From a virus (taxonomy: Duplodnaviria > Caudoviricetes): 60,795 bases of DNA. The notes beneath the pieces are model-generated. The model ran no database searches and was not told where the DNA came from. It was given only the letters and a program-made list of their open reading frames with translations. Both the position numbers and the translations under genes were made by a program. The stretch spans positions 1 through 60,795 of the IMG/VR virus record IMGVR_UViG_3300038318_000336; one strand, given 5' to 3'. Shown here in pieces: positions 9,508-19,255 of this stretch (positions within the stretch are counted from its first letter, which is position 1; each line of letters begins with the position of its first letter).

Positions 9508-9658
9508 ATATACCATGTCCAACACGCGTTCACGACGTTAAACTGAAACGCGGTTTTTTATGTTTACTTTACTGCCTAAATTGTCTTAAAAGCTGACGAG
9601 CTATAACCGGATAACAAAAACAATAAGCCTACCGGGCGTTAAACGGGAGGAATTATTT

Positions 9659-10387
9659 ATGGAAAAACTATTAAAAATCCTTAAAGCACTTGGGGTTGAT
9701 GTTGCTTCTGACGACATCAAAGCGAAACTGGAAGCCGACGATTTTAAAAAGGTGTTTACCGACAACTGGCCAAAAGAGGTAGACACTAAAGACCTTTTCA
9801 CCCAAGAACAGGTTAATGAAATCGTATCGAAAAGGCTAACCAGGGAACAAAAGGTTCATGAAGCTGAAATTGGCGAGCTTCAGGAGAAGATGAAGGGTTT
9901 ACTTGACCCCTCCAAAGTCAAGGAGTTCGAGGGGAAAATCGAAGAACTTGAAAAAGCCAGCAAAGCTAACCAGGCTAAACTCACAAAAGAATACGAACTG
10001 AAATTGGCTGCGACCAAAGCCGGTGTCAAGGATCCAGATTACTTTGATTTCTTGGCACAGAAAGACAGTCTTTACGACCGAATCAAGGTTAACGAGGACG
10101 GATCTTTGGTTGCTACAGACAAAGATGGTAACATCTTAGTCGAAGATGGTAAGAAGTTTGGCCCTGAAAAGCTGGTTGAAGAGCTCAAAGAAAGCAAGCC
10201 GGATTTATTCGGAGAAGTTAGAGGCCAACAGCAGCAACAACAACAAACACCTTGGGGACCTGGCCCAACTAATCCGGCGGGCGGGAAAAATACTCCGGAA
10301 GAAGGTTCTTTTGGAAAAGAGATGGCTAAAAGCGCTCAATCAGAGAAGAGCGCAATTGATCATCAGAAAAACTATTTTGGGGAGTGA
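9659..10387 (+). CDS. head scaffolding protein
   Basis: FTQEQVNEIVSKRL motif, coiled coil, KPDLF then low-complexity tail. Confidence 0.85.
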   Translation: MEKLLKILKALGVDVASDDIKAKLEADDFKKVFTDNWPKEVDTKDLFTQEQVNEIVSKRLTREQKVHEAEIGELQEKMKGLLDPSKVKEFEGKIEELEKASKANQAKLTKEYELKLAATKAGVKDPDYFDFLAQKDSLYDRIKVNEDGSLVATDKDGNILVEDGKKFGPEKLVEELKESKPDLFGEVRGQQQQQQQTPWGPGPTNPAGGKNTPEEGSFGKEMAKSAQSEKSAIDHQKNYFGE

Positions 10388-10394
10388 TTAAAAT

Positions 10395-10778
10395 ATGTCT
10401 AAGTTCGTAGAAACTACGTATGTCAACAAAAAAGATATTCTCAAATTTCCTGACCATTATGTGGCGATGACTGTTACGGTAGATGACACTGACATTGTGG
10501 CAGACGAAAACGGCAAGAAGATCGTTAAAGCTGGGACTGTTGTTGGCGGGAAAGCGTTGCCGGTAATGGCCAACCTGACGGAACCTGTAGTTGAGAAAAA
10601 TACACAGACCGTCGATGGCTCAGCGGCAGAAGGTGTCTTGCTGAATGATGTTGATGTCACTTATGGTCCAGCTGCAGCGGCAATGGTCATCCATGGGTTT
10701 ATTGCACTAGACAAATTGCCGGAAGCTCCTTGTGAAGAGGCCGTGACTGCTTTGAAACAGATTTTCTTCATTAAATAA
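10395..10778 (+). CDS. head decoration/cement protein
   Basis: GKKIVKAGT and GVLLNDVDVTYG motifs between scaffold and capsid genes. Confidence 0.75.
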   Translation: MSKFVETTYVNKKDILKFPDHYVAMTVTVDDTDIVADENGKKIVKAGTVVGGKALPVMANLTEPVVEKNTQTVDGSAAEGVLLNDVDVTYGPAAAAMVIHGFIALDKLPEAPCEEAVTALKQIFFIK

Positions 10779-10856
10779 TCAACCAGAATCAATTCAATCT
10801 GTTTCAGTTTGATAGTTTGATTTTATACTAAAAAGAACAAAGAAAGGTGAGATAAG

Positions 10857-11924
10857 ATGAAAAGCATTTACGATTATGTTAATGCTAACGAGATAGCGGC
10901 TTATTACGCAGAAAGTGCTTCTAATAAGATCCCATACTTAGGCGCTACTCTCTGGCCGGCTAAGAAGAAACTTGGTCTTGACTTAAGCTGGATCAAAGGC
11001 TCTAAAGGTTTGCCGGTCGCATTAAAACCTTCTACCTTTGATGCCAAAGCGACCGTCCGTGATCGGATTGGCTTCAAAAAGGTGGAAACCGAGATGCCGT
11101 TTTTCCGTGAGTCTATGAGGATTGGAGAAAAAGACAGGCAGGAAATCAACAAATTCCTTGGCAGCAAAAACATTGAGATGATTCGACCCATCTTTAATAA
11201 GATTTTCGACGATGCCGGAAACCTAGTGGATGGTGCGGAGGTTAACGCTGAAAGGATGAGAATGCAACTTCTCTCTACCGGGAAAATCCAGATCACTGCG
11301 GAGACCGATGGCGAGCGGGTGAATTATGACTATGATTACAATTTACCTGCAGACAACAAAGAAACCCTTACGGATACGGCTATGTGGTCGAATGTTGATA
11401 CCGCACAACCTATTAGTGATATTCAGCGGATTATGGATGATGTTGAGGAAAGGACTGGAGTTCGTCCTGACAAAGCAATTTGTTCCAGGAAGACATGGGG
11501 TTACTTGATGGGGAATAAATTCATTAAGCTTGACATGAATCCTTCTGGTGACACTAATAGGATTATTACTGACGGAATGGTGCGGCAGTATCTAAAAGAT
11601 AAGTTCGGAATCAGCGTAGCTATCTATAACAAAAAATACAGCCTTGATGTTCATGGTTCCTCTGCCTATCAGTTCTATCCGGATGATAAATTTACTTTCC
11701 TGCCTCCTGGCACCCTTGGGAATACTTGGTACGGGACTACTCCGGAAGAGTCTGATTTGACTACTGGCCAGAGCGCTGCTGACGTGAAAATTGTTAATAC
11801 TGGAGTTGCAATTACCACTTACAAAGAAGTTCATCCGGTAAACGTTGTTACGTTGGTATCGGCAATTCTGCTGCCTAGTTTCGAGTCTATTGACCAGACT
11901 TACATCCTAACCGTTGCCGCCTAA
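10857..11924 (+). CDS. major capsid protein (phage capsid E family)
   Basis: 355 aa; ERMRMQLLSTGKI, LGNTWYGTTPEE motifs. Confidence 0.9.
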   Translation: MKSIYDYVNANEIAAYYAESASNKIPYLGATLWPAKKKLGLDLSWIKGSKGLPVALKPSTFDAKATVRDRIGFKKVETEMPFFRESMRIGEKDRQEINKFLGSKNIEMIRPIFNKIFDDAGNLVDGAEVNAERMRMQLLSTGKIQITAETDGERVNYDYDYNLPADNKETLTDTAMWSNVDTAQPISDIQRIMDDVEERTGVRPDKAICSRKTWGYLMGNKFIKLDMNPSGDTNRIITDGMVRQYLKDKFGISVAIYNKKYSLDVHGSSAYQFYPDDKFTFLPPGTLGNTWYGTTPEESDLTTGQSAADVKIVNTGVAITTYKEVHPVNVVTLVSAILLPSFESIDQTYILTVAA

Positions 11925-11962
11925 AAGATAAACAAACAATAAGAAACAAATAATAAAAATAT

Positions 11963-11992
11963 AGAGGGGAGTCACTAGCCGACTTCCCTCTT
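11963..11992 (+). terminator. terminator after capsid gene
   Basis: AGAGGGGAGTC-ACTAGCC-GACTTCCCTCT hairpin. Confidence 0.65.
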
Positions 11993-12027
11993 CATGTTTC
12001 TTCTTTAATAAGAAAGGAGGATTTGTA

Positions 12028-12375
12028 ATGTTGGGTTATAGGATTAAACTTTCCCAAAAACTAACTAATGCCAAAGAAACCAAACCAGCGGGTAGCGTTA
12101 TTGTTATTCCGGGCGACCAATTAGAGTGGTATCGAAAGAACGATTTGGTGGCAGATGTTATAGAAGAAATCCCTGATTCTGAACCCCCGAAAGCTGACGG
12201 CGAATTAGCCGACGAATTAGAAAAACTCACAAAACAAGAGCTTGTCGATCGCGCTAAAGAACTAGGGCTTAGGCTTACTGGAGTGGATAGGCTTACCAAA
12301 AAAGAATTGATTGTAGTTATCGAAGAAGCTTTAATCGGGCAGGATGGAGAAGATTCGGGAGAGGGCGGGGAGTGA
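12028..12375 (+). CDS. Rho-N/HeH-like domain head accessory protein
   Basis: LEKLTKQELVDRAKELGL...LTKKELI. Confidence 0.65.
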   Translation: MLGYRIKLSQKLTNAKETKPAGSVIVIPGDQLEWYRKNDLVADVIEEIPDSEPPKADGELADELEKLTKQELVDRAKELGLRLTGVDRLTKKELIVVIEEALIGQDGEDSGEGGE

Positions 12376-12381
12376 TAACTC

Positions 12382-12654
12382 ATGGATGAGCTTGCCAAAC
12401 TTCGCCTCCTGATTTGGGACAAAGAATCCATCGTTTTTACCGACACGGACCTTCAAGAGTTTCTTGCAGACGCCGGTGGCAATATCTACAAGGCTGCAGC
12501 CCATTGTCTGAACAATGTCCGAGCAAACCCAGAGAGACTTCGGTCTTTTGCTGTCTTTACTTACGAAGACCTCGACAACGCAATCAAATATTACGAAAAG
12601 ATAGCGCGACAGGGAATCAAAACCTCTTCCATCCCATTAAAGAAGGTGTATTAA
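12382..12654 (+). CDS. head-tail adaptor
   Basis: LRLLIWDK...FTDTDLQEFL pattern; position. Confidence 0.7.
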   Translation: MDELAKLRLLIWDKESIVFTDTDLQEFLADAGGNIYKAAAHCLNNVRANPERLRSFAVFTYEDLDNAIKYYEKIARQGIKTSSIPLKKVY

Positions 12655-12655
12655 A

Positions 12656-13015
12656 GTGAGAACTCCAAAAACACCTGCTTCTGTAAATACCACAGTAAAA
12701 CGGTTAATCGAAGGACATTATGACGAGAATCATAACTGGGTTGATGCTTCAGAAAGAACAATAGCAACCATCATTAATGCTAATATTCTACCGAAGTCCG
12801 GACGAGAACGGGCGGCCACAGTCCAGACAACTTATGAAAGCGAATGGACCATGTGGGTAGGAACGGACAATATCACCTTTGAGGAAGGGTTTTCGGAGTT
12901 GGAACGTGGGGATATTGTAATTGCGGGACCCAGTGGAAAAGAGAAACGATACCGAATAGTGTTCCCGGGGTTCTATGGTTCAGCATATGGAGCGGCGCTC
13001 AAAGAGGAGCTTTAA
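12656..13015 (+). CDS. head closure/stopper protein
   Basis: size, beta-rich sequence and synteny. Confidence 0.65.
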   Translation: MRTPKTPASVNTTVKRLIEGHYDENHNWVDASERTIATIINANILPKSGRERAATVQTTYESEWTMWVGTDNITFEEGFSELERGDIVIAGPSGKEKRYRIVFPGFYGSAYGAALKEEL

Positions 13016-13034
13016 ACGGTGAGGGGTTGATACT

Positions 13035-13529
13035 TTGGACATCGATGTTAGGTTTGAAGGAATTGAAGAAGCGTTAAAAATGACGGCTAAGTTCGTGTCG
13101 GCTGAAGAGCGAGCGTTACAAGATGCACTAGAATATATTCTTCGAGCAATGATGAATTATGCCAAACAGTATGGCCCTTACACAGACCGAACAAGCAATT
13201 TAAGGAACTCTATTTCAGTAAACATGGATACCATGAGAGAATGGCCAGAAGACACTCCTTCCGAAACACTAAAAGCCCTTGTCCCTCAAAACGAAACGCC
13301 AGTTATAAGGATAGAGGGGGACGACTTTGTAGGCTGTCTTTCTGTGGGGATGTGTTATGGGGTGTTCGTGGAAACCAAAGGCTACTGGGTTATTACTGGG
13401 AGCATTGACTGGATGGAACCTATGATAGAAAGATATTTTGCCGGAAAGTTGGCAGTAGAAAAGCTTGACTTGGAACAAGCCGCTTCGGCAGCATATATTC
13501 GATATTATGAACGCAAAGGGGCACGGTAA
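13035..13529 (+). CDS. HK97 gp10-like neck/tail-completion protein
   Basis: DRTSNLRNSI and YGVFVE motifs. Confidence 0.75.
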   Translation: MDIDVRFEGIEEALKMTAKFVSAEERALQDALEYILRAMMNYAKQYGPYTDRTSNLRNSISVNMDTMREWPEDTPSETLKALVPQNETPVIRIEGDDFVGCLSVGMCYGVFVETKGYWVITGSIDWMEPMIERYFAGKLAVEKLDLEQAASAAYIRYYERKGAR

Positions 13530-13531
13530 AA

Positions 13532-13978
13532 ATGGATGTAAATAAAATCCTGACACCGGTGATGGTTCGGCTTCTTGATGACAAAAATATTCCTGGCGAG
13601 ACTACCCTTGCCGAACTGTTAAACAATACAGTTAACGTAATTAAAGGTCCCCGCAAACCCACAAATGCTACAAATCCTTGCTTTACTATCCATGTTCTTT
13701 CTGCCCCTCGTGACCCGTATTCAAAAAACCATAACGGCACTTTGCTAATAAACTTTTATTACGATAATTATCAGAGCGGGAATGCGGCCGTTGAAAAAAT
13801 GGGCCCAGTGGCCGATCGGGTGGTTTGTTTGTTTGATGATAAACCACTAAATATTGAAGGATATAACAATTACAATCTTGTGGTCCAGGAACCTCTTGGA
13901 CCACTTTTTGATCCAGAGTTTCCGGGTGAACATTATATGTCTATTCGGGTGAAATTTAGTATTGTGAAGCTTCGCTAA
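13532..13978 (+). CDS. tail terminator protein
   Basis: synteny immediately before major tail gene. Confidence 0.65.
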   Translation: MDVNKILTPVMVRLLDDKNIPGETTLAELLNNTVNVIKGPRKPTNATNPCFTIHVLSAPRDPYSKNHNGTLLINFYYDNYQSGNAAVEKMGPVADRVVCLFDDKPLNIEGYNNYNLVVQEPLGPLFDPEFPGEHYMSIRVKFSIVKLR

Positions 13979-14033
13979 TTTTGAGAGTGTGAGCTTCGCT
14001 AGATTGTTAGTTTAAAAGAAAGGGCGTGACAAA

Positions 14034-14585
14034 ATGAATGGATTAGAACCGATTGCCGTAGAAAAGGTAGACTTTGGGCCGTGCGCAACAAGGTTTAAAG
14101 AACAGTATTTGGGCAGGACAGAAGGCGACACTCAATTTAATTATTCTATAGAAACTTTTGTTCTCGAAACCGAGGAAGATGGCAAGGTAGATGAAATTGT
14201 TATTGATGATGCTTTGATTGTTACGATTCCACTACTTTACACTGATGTAGATACGCTTGCTACTATAATTCCTTGGGCGAAACTCGTGGCGGGCCTTAAT
14301 GAAGAAAAGAAATTAGTTGTCGGTAAAGCAGTAGGGAAGAGGCTTTCTGATTTTGCAGGAATCTTGAATCTTCACCCAATTAATAAGGGAGAAACGGATT
14401 TAAGCCGCGATCTTACTGTCCATAAATGTTATCCAAAACCAGGACCAATCAACTTTGCTTATTCTAGACAAGGAAAACGAATTGCTAACGTTCAATTTAT
14501 TGCTATGCCAGACCCAACGAAACCGGCGGACGAAAACTACTTTACGCTTGGAGATCCGTCTATCCAAGGCGATACTGGAATATAA
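14034..14585 (+). CDS. major tail tube protein
   Basis: FGPC...YLGRTEG motif, 183 aa, followed by terminator and chaperones. Confidence 0.8.
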   Translation: MNGLEPIAVEKVDFGPCATRFKEQYLGRTEGDTQFNYSIETFVLETEEDGKVDEIVIDDALIVTIPLLYTDVDTLATIIPWAKLVAGLNEEKKLVVGKAVGKRLSDFAGILNLHPINKGETDLSRDLTVHKCYPKPGPINFAYSRQGKRIANVQFIAMPDPTKPADENYFTLGDPSIQGDTGI

Positions 14586-14601
14586 ATAGATTAATCTTAA
14601 G

Positions 14602-14631
14602 AAAAGAGCCTCCTTATTGGGGGCTCTTTTT
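14602..14631 (+). terminator. terminator after major tail gene
   Basis: AAAAGAGCCTCC-TTATT-GGGGGCTCTTTTT. Confidence 0.8.
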
Positions 14632-14678
14632 GGTATTCATCGAAACTTTAAAAACAAAAACATAGGGAGGGACATGAG

Positions 14679-15170
14679 ATGAGCAAAGCACTACCGCGAA
14701 TCAAGGTAGTTGAAATAACGGTTTTAGACGAAGCCGGCCAGGAGCAAACTCAACAGATATATGTTAAAAAAGCTGGCTTAGGCAGATGGAAACAGATAAT
14801 CAACTCAATAAAGAAGCTTTTTAAACTGCTACCAGAGTTTCTGGAATCTCAAGGGATCGATGATTCTGAAGAATTTATTGAATCATTGTCTTACATGGAT
14901 ATGATTGCAATGATTCCGGACATTATGGATATGGCCGCTGATGAATTTATAAACCTTTTGGCGATGGGAACTGAACTAGAAGTAGACTTTTTAAAAGAAC
15001 ATGTCGGGATTGATGAAGCTGTTGACCTTGTGGAAGCGATTATCGAAGTCAACAACCTGTTAGGGGCCATAGAAAAAGGAAAAAACTTGATACCCCGGAC
15101 GGCGAATCCGGGGATTTCGAAGGCAACAGGAACAACAAAGAAACAGAGCAAACCCAGAACCAAGAAATAG
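14679..15170 (+). CDS. tail assembly chaperone (gpG-like)
   Basis: between tail tube and tape measure genes; slippery site near 3' end. Confidence 0.8.
   Translation: MSKALPRIKVVEITVLDEAGQEQTQQIYVKKAGLGRWKQIINSIKKLFKLLPEFLESQGIDDSEEFIESLSYMDMIAMIPDIMDMAADEFINLLAMGTELEVDFLKEHVGIDEAVDLVEAIIEVNNLLGAIEKGKNLIPRTANPGISKATGTTKKQSKPRTKK
15080..15113 (+). promoter_or_regulatory. programmed -1 ribosomal frameshift signal
   Basis: in-frame A AAA AAC heptamer (15080-15086), 6-nt spacer, hairpin CCCCGGA-CGGCGAA-TCCGGGG; -1 frame open to 15601. Confidence 0.85.
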
Positions 15171-15601
15171 ACGAAGACCAGGTTTTTGATGACCTGGTTT
15201 GGGAACTTGTTAGGTATACAAAGATGTCTAAAAACGAGGTATTGGAAGAGATTTATCCTGACGAAGTTTCAGATATTCTTAAAAAAGCTAGCATCGAACG
15301 TGCCCGGCAACGCGAAAAAGAGTTGACCGGGCATCTCTATACATTGATGGCCCCGGTAATGCCATGGCTAAAAGGGGAAGATGGATTGCAAGAAGAGTTA
15401 ATAGATGGTATTACAAGCGAATTAAAACAGATACACGAGTACTTGAGAGGAAAGGGACCCGAGGGCCAAAGGAAAAATGAAACTAGTGACCAGGACACCT
15501 TACAACAAAATAACCAACAGGAATCTCAGGAAGATTCTTTTGAACGACTTAAGAAACTGCAAAAAGTGATGGCTCAAACGCAGACCAGGAAGGCGAGGTG
15601 A
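15080..15601 (+). CDS. frameshifted C-terminal part of tail chaperone (gpT-like)
   Basis: -1 frame from the slippery site is stop-free and contains ORF 15224-15601. Confidence 0.8.
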   Translation, partial: KKLDTPDGESGDFEGNRNNKETEQTQNQEIDEDQVFDDLVWELVRYTKMSKNEVLEEIYPDEVSDILKKASIERARQREKELTGHLYTLMAPVMPWLKGEDGLQEELIDGITSELKQIHEYLRGKGPEGQRKNETSDQDTLQQNNQQESQEDSFERLKKLQKVMAQTQTRKAR

Positions 15602-15608
15602 GGGTGGC

Positions 15609-18600
15609 ATGACAGGACTCTCTTTAGGAAATATGCTGTATTACATCAAAGCAAAGAATACTGAATTTAAAAATGTAATGAAAGAAAATGAGGGACTTCT
15701 CCGGGATTCAAGTAAGAAATTTGAAGACCATAAAAGTACGCTGGTAAGTTGGGGTAAAAAGTGGGGTACGGTTGGTGCTTCGGTTATAACCACTATGGGA
15801 TTGCTAACTAAGAAATCAGTTAACATGAATAAAGAGATAGCAAACATTGGAACGCTTATTCCTGGCAATGTTAACAGATTAAAACAGCTTAAGCGTGAGG
15901 TTCAAGATACCGCTATCACCGTGGGAAAATCTACTACCGACCTAGCACGGGGAGCTTACCAATTAGTTTCCGCTTTTGGCGATACTGCGGACACAACCGA
16001 GAAGCTGACCATTAATGCCAAAGCCGCCAAAGCTGGATTGGCCGAGACTACCGATGCAATCAACCTTACATCAGCTGTTACGAAAGCTTATGGCGACATT
16101 TCTGCCGAAGCTACGCAAAAAGCTGCTGACCTTGCCTTTATCACCCTAAAACTAGGACAAACAACATTCCCAGAGCTGGCCCACTCGATAGGTATGGTGA
16201 CTCCTCTTGCGGCGCAGTTGAATATGGAACAAGAAGAAATGTGGAATTTGTTTGCCACGTTGACCGGAGTAACAGGAGATACGGCAAAAGTAGCAACCCA
16301 GTCAGCGGCTATCCTCCGAGCCTTCTTGAAACAAACAGATGCGATGTCTACCGCTATAGAAAAACTAGGTTATAATTCGGCTTCTGCATTATTAAGTGAC
16401 AAGGGTTTAGTGGGGGCGCTTAAAGCCGTGATAGCACAGACTGATGGGTCTGAAGAAGCCATAGCTAGTCTATTTGGTAGAGCTGAAGCTTTGACTGCTG
16501 TATTTTCGTTAACCGGAAGTCAAGCTGATACCTTTGCGCGGAAGCTAGAACAAGTTAAAAATTCCTCAGGAGCTTCAGATAAAGCTTTTAAAGAACAAAC
16601 TGACGGAATAAACAAGTTAGGATTCCAATGGGAACGAATGCAACAGAAATTAGCTGTGGGACTAGAGAGAATGGGCGATTTTGCAGCAGATGGGATTGGG
16701 GTATTGACTGATGGTATAGAAATTTTAGTTGATATAATCGGGAAGTTGGCAGATGGGTTTAACGCTTTGCCTGACCCAATAAGAAAAACGCTTTCTGTCG
16801 TAATTACTTTGACCGCGGCAGTACTAGCTTTAAATGTTGCTTTTGGTGTTCTGAAAAAGACCTTTAGCTTATTTGGAATGAGTGGCATAATAACATTCTT
16901 CACTAATCTTGTTAAAGCGTTGGTAGCAGCAAAAGCCGGTTCAGCAGCAGCAGCTTCCGCAGTGACGTTCCTTTCCGCTTCTTTTAAATCATTCCTGATT
17001 GGTGGAGTTGTACTTGCTGGGGTTGTAGCGATTGGCGCCGCACTCTATACCATTTACCAAAATGCTAAGCTAGCTAAAAAAGAGATTAGCGAAATATCTG
17101 ACCTCCAGGAAGCATTGGCCAAAAAGAAACAGATTGAAGAAGAACGCGACAGAATAAAGAGACAGTTAGAGAACAGGACAAAGTTAGAACAGATGGCCGC
17201 AGCTGGGGACCCTTATGCCAAAACTACCCTCGAAGGTGGGCGTATCGGTGGGGTAGCTGTAAAGGCTGCCGAAGATGTAGAGACCTTGAACAAGAAACTA
17301 GCAGACACCGAAGGCCAGCTAAATAAAATAGACAGCAAAATTAAAGAACTAAAAGGGGAAACTGGCGGCGGTGGTGGCGGCGGTGGGGATGATGACGGTG
17401 ATGGCGATGGTAGCGGCGGCGTTTTCAATCTTACTAAGTTTGTGACTGCGCTAGAAGCTGAACTTAACATGGTGGATAAGATAGCGGCGGCTTTTGATGA
17501 TACTTCTAATGTGGCAGCGGATAAGGCTAGCATACTCAAAAACGCAATTATAGAGCTGGTTCAAGAGGGAGTTGACCCTACCAATACCTCCATGGGGAAC
17601 CTGGTTGAGCTCTATAAAGAATATACTCAATCTGCGGAAGATGCTAAGAAAAAAACTTTTAATTTATACCAAGCGAAAAAAGACCTTTTCAAAGCCCTTG
17701 ATGCGATAGATGATAAATCCAAGGTTTTTGGTGATGAAATAGATGCTAATGGGGAAAGACTAGAACTTTTTAAAGATGTTATCCTTGATGCTTTGGCGAG
17801 CGGCATTGATCCGATGGATGAGTCAATACAAGACTTAATAGCTGAGTACAAAGCGTTAAAAAAAGAAATTGATAACACTATAAAATCAACTGATCTGTTA
17901 AAGCAAGCTCAATCAGAACTTACAGATTGGCAAAACAGGGAATTAAGCACACTAGAAGTTCTTGCCCAACAACTTGAAGCCCAAGCTGCATTAGATGAAC
18001 TAAACCGTGACAAGTTGCTCGAAATGGCCGATGCTATGCGTAAATTAGCCAAGGAACAAGATGAGGTTACTACTGCCGAAAAGAACAACAAGGAAGCTAC
18101 TGAACTTCTTAAACAGGCTCAAGAAGAATTGACTAAAATGACAGGAACAGCACTATCTTCTTGGGAAAAACTTGCCCAGAAGCTAGAGGAAATGGCAAGC
18201 AAAGACGGCGTTTTGCCAGAAGTGGCAGCACAACTTCGGGAAATGGCCAATCTGCTTAGAGGGGCTGGAGCAGAGGCAGACAAAACTAACTGGTTTGTGG
18301 ATATGTTTGTAGATATGGGTTACGAAATTGAAGATGCTCGAAGTATTTTCGAAAACTTTAAAGACAGTACGATCGATGGCTTTACAAACATCATTACTAA
18401 AGGCGAAAAAGTTGGCGATGTTTTTAAGCGTATCTTAGACTATTTGGCTGAAATGATTGTTAAAAAAGGTATTATTGAACCTTTTGTTGATTGGGTTTTG
18501 GGCGGTATTGGTTTAGGTTCAGCTCACGTTGGTGCCCTAGTAACCCCAGAAGGCCTTATTCGTGATCTGCCGCCATATCATACTGGAGGGACGGTTGGGG

Positions 18601-18863
18601 CAGTTCCTGGTTTGAATTCTGACGAACGAGTAATTAAAGTGCTTACAGGTGAAAGGATCCTTTCTCGTAGTCAGAACGAAAAGTTTGAAGCCGGAGAATA
18701 TGGAAAAACTGAAATAACAAATATTTTTGATATTAAAGCTGTTGACGCGGCTTCGTTCGTTCAGTTGGTACGGAGCAACCCCGAGGCCATTACTAGCGTG
18801 GTAGCCGGGGATATTGCAAGCGACGGGCATTTAAGACAAGTGATTAAACGATATACTAAATAA
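15609..18863 (+). CDS. tape measure protein (TP901 family)
   Basis: 1084 aa, Ala-rich helical, GQTTFPELA core, hydrophobic segment, C-terminal YHTGG. Confidence 0.95.
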   Translation: MTGLSLGNMLYYIKAKNTEFKNVMKENEGLLRDSSKKFEDHKSTLVSWGKKWGTVGASVITTMGLLTKKSVNMNKEIANIGTLIPGNVNRLKQLKREVQDTAITVGKSTTDLARGAYQLVSAFGDTADTTEKLTINAKAAKAGLAETTDAINLTSAVTKAYGDISAEATQKAADLAFITLKLGQTTFPELAHSIGMVTPLAAQLNMEQEEMWNLFATLTGVTGDTAKVATQSAAILRAFLKQTDAMSTAIEKLGYNSASALLSDKGLVGALKAVIAQTDGSEEAIASLFGRAEALTAVFSLTGSQADTFARKLEQVKNSSGASDKAFKEQTDGINKLGFQWERMQQKLAVGLERMGDFAADGIGVLTDGIEILVDIIGKLADGFNALPDPIRKTLSVVITLTAAVLALNVAFGVLKKTFSLFGMSGIITFFTNLVKALVAAKAGSAAAASAVTFLSASFKSFLIGGVVLAGVVAIGAALYTIYQNAKLAKKEISEISDLQEALAKKKQIEEERDRIKRQLENRTKLEQMAAAGDPYAKTTLEGGRIGGVAVKAAEDVETLNKKLADTEGQLNKIDSKIKELKGETGGGGGGGGDDDGDGDGSGGVFNLTKFVTALEAELNMVDKIAAAFDDTSNVAADKASILKNAIIELVQEGVDPTNTSMGNLVELYKEYTQSAEDAKKKTFNLYQAKKDLFKALDAIDDKSKVFGDEIDANGERLELFKDVILDALASGIDPMDESIQDLIAEYKALKKEIDNTIKSTDLLKQAQSELTDWQNRELSTLEVLAQQLEAQAALDELNRDKLLEMADAMRKLAKEQDEVTTAEKNNKEATELLKQAQEELTKMTGTALSSWEKLAQKLEEMASKDGVLPEVAAQLREMANLLRGAGAEADKTNWFVDMFVDMGYEIEDARSIFENFKDSTIDGFTNIITKGEKVGDVFKRILDYLAEMIVKKGIIEPFVDWVLGGIGLGSAHVGALVTPEGLIRDLPPYHTGGTVGAVPGLNSDERVIKVLTGERILSRSQNEKFEAGEYGKTEITNIFDIKAVDAASFVQLVRSNPEAITSVVAGDIASDGHLRQVIKRYTK

Positions 18864-18898
18864 TCAAATCAAAAGAACTGTTTATGGGAGTGATTATT

Positions 18899-19255
18899 AT
18901 GGCACTGCCCAAATTTACATGGAAAGCTAACAGAGCTTATCAAGATGGGATTGTCTTTAATACTTTAATATCTAAATTTGAGAGTGGCAAAGAACAGAGG
19001 CGGTCCAAAGGGCTGCCTCGACGTACTTTTAGGCTGTATTTTGAAAAAGAAAATATATCTAAGACTGAAGTTACAGAAATTTGGGATTTCTTTGTAGCAA
19101 GAAAAGGCCAGTTTGAAACATTTGAATGGGATTATTTACGTGATGATGGGGTAACCGAAACAGTAAAAGTTAGGTTTAATACTGATGCCCTTGAAAGGGA
19201 CGTTTTCATGAATCTCATTTATAAATTTGGGTTGCCGTTAATCGAGGTGATATAA
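18899..19255 (+). CDS. distal tail protein (lambda gpM/DUF2460-like)
   Basis: FESGKEQRRS..PRR.F, FFVARKGQFETF. Confidence 0.8.
   Translation: MALPKFTWKANRAYQDGIVFNTLISKFESGKEQRRSKGLPRRTFRLYFEKENISKTEVTEIWDFFVARKGQFETFEWDYLRDDGVTETVKVRFNTDALERDVFMNLIYKFGLPLIEVI

Noticed and set aside
17357-17420. Poly-Gly/Asp tract in tape measure (and poly-Gln in scaffold near 10227)
   Set aside because: In-frame low-complexity linkers with mixed codons; no sign of phase variation.
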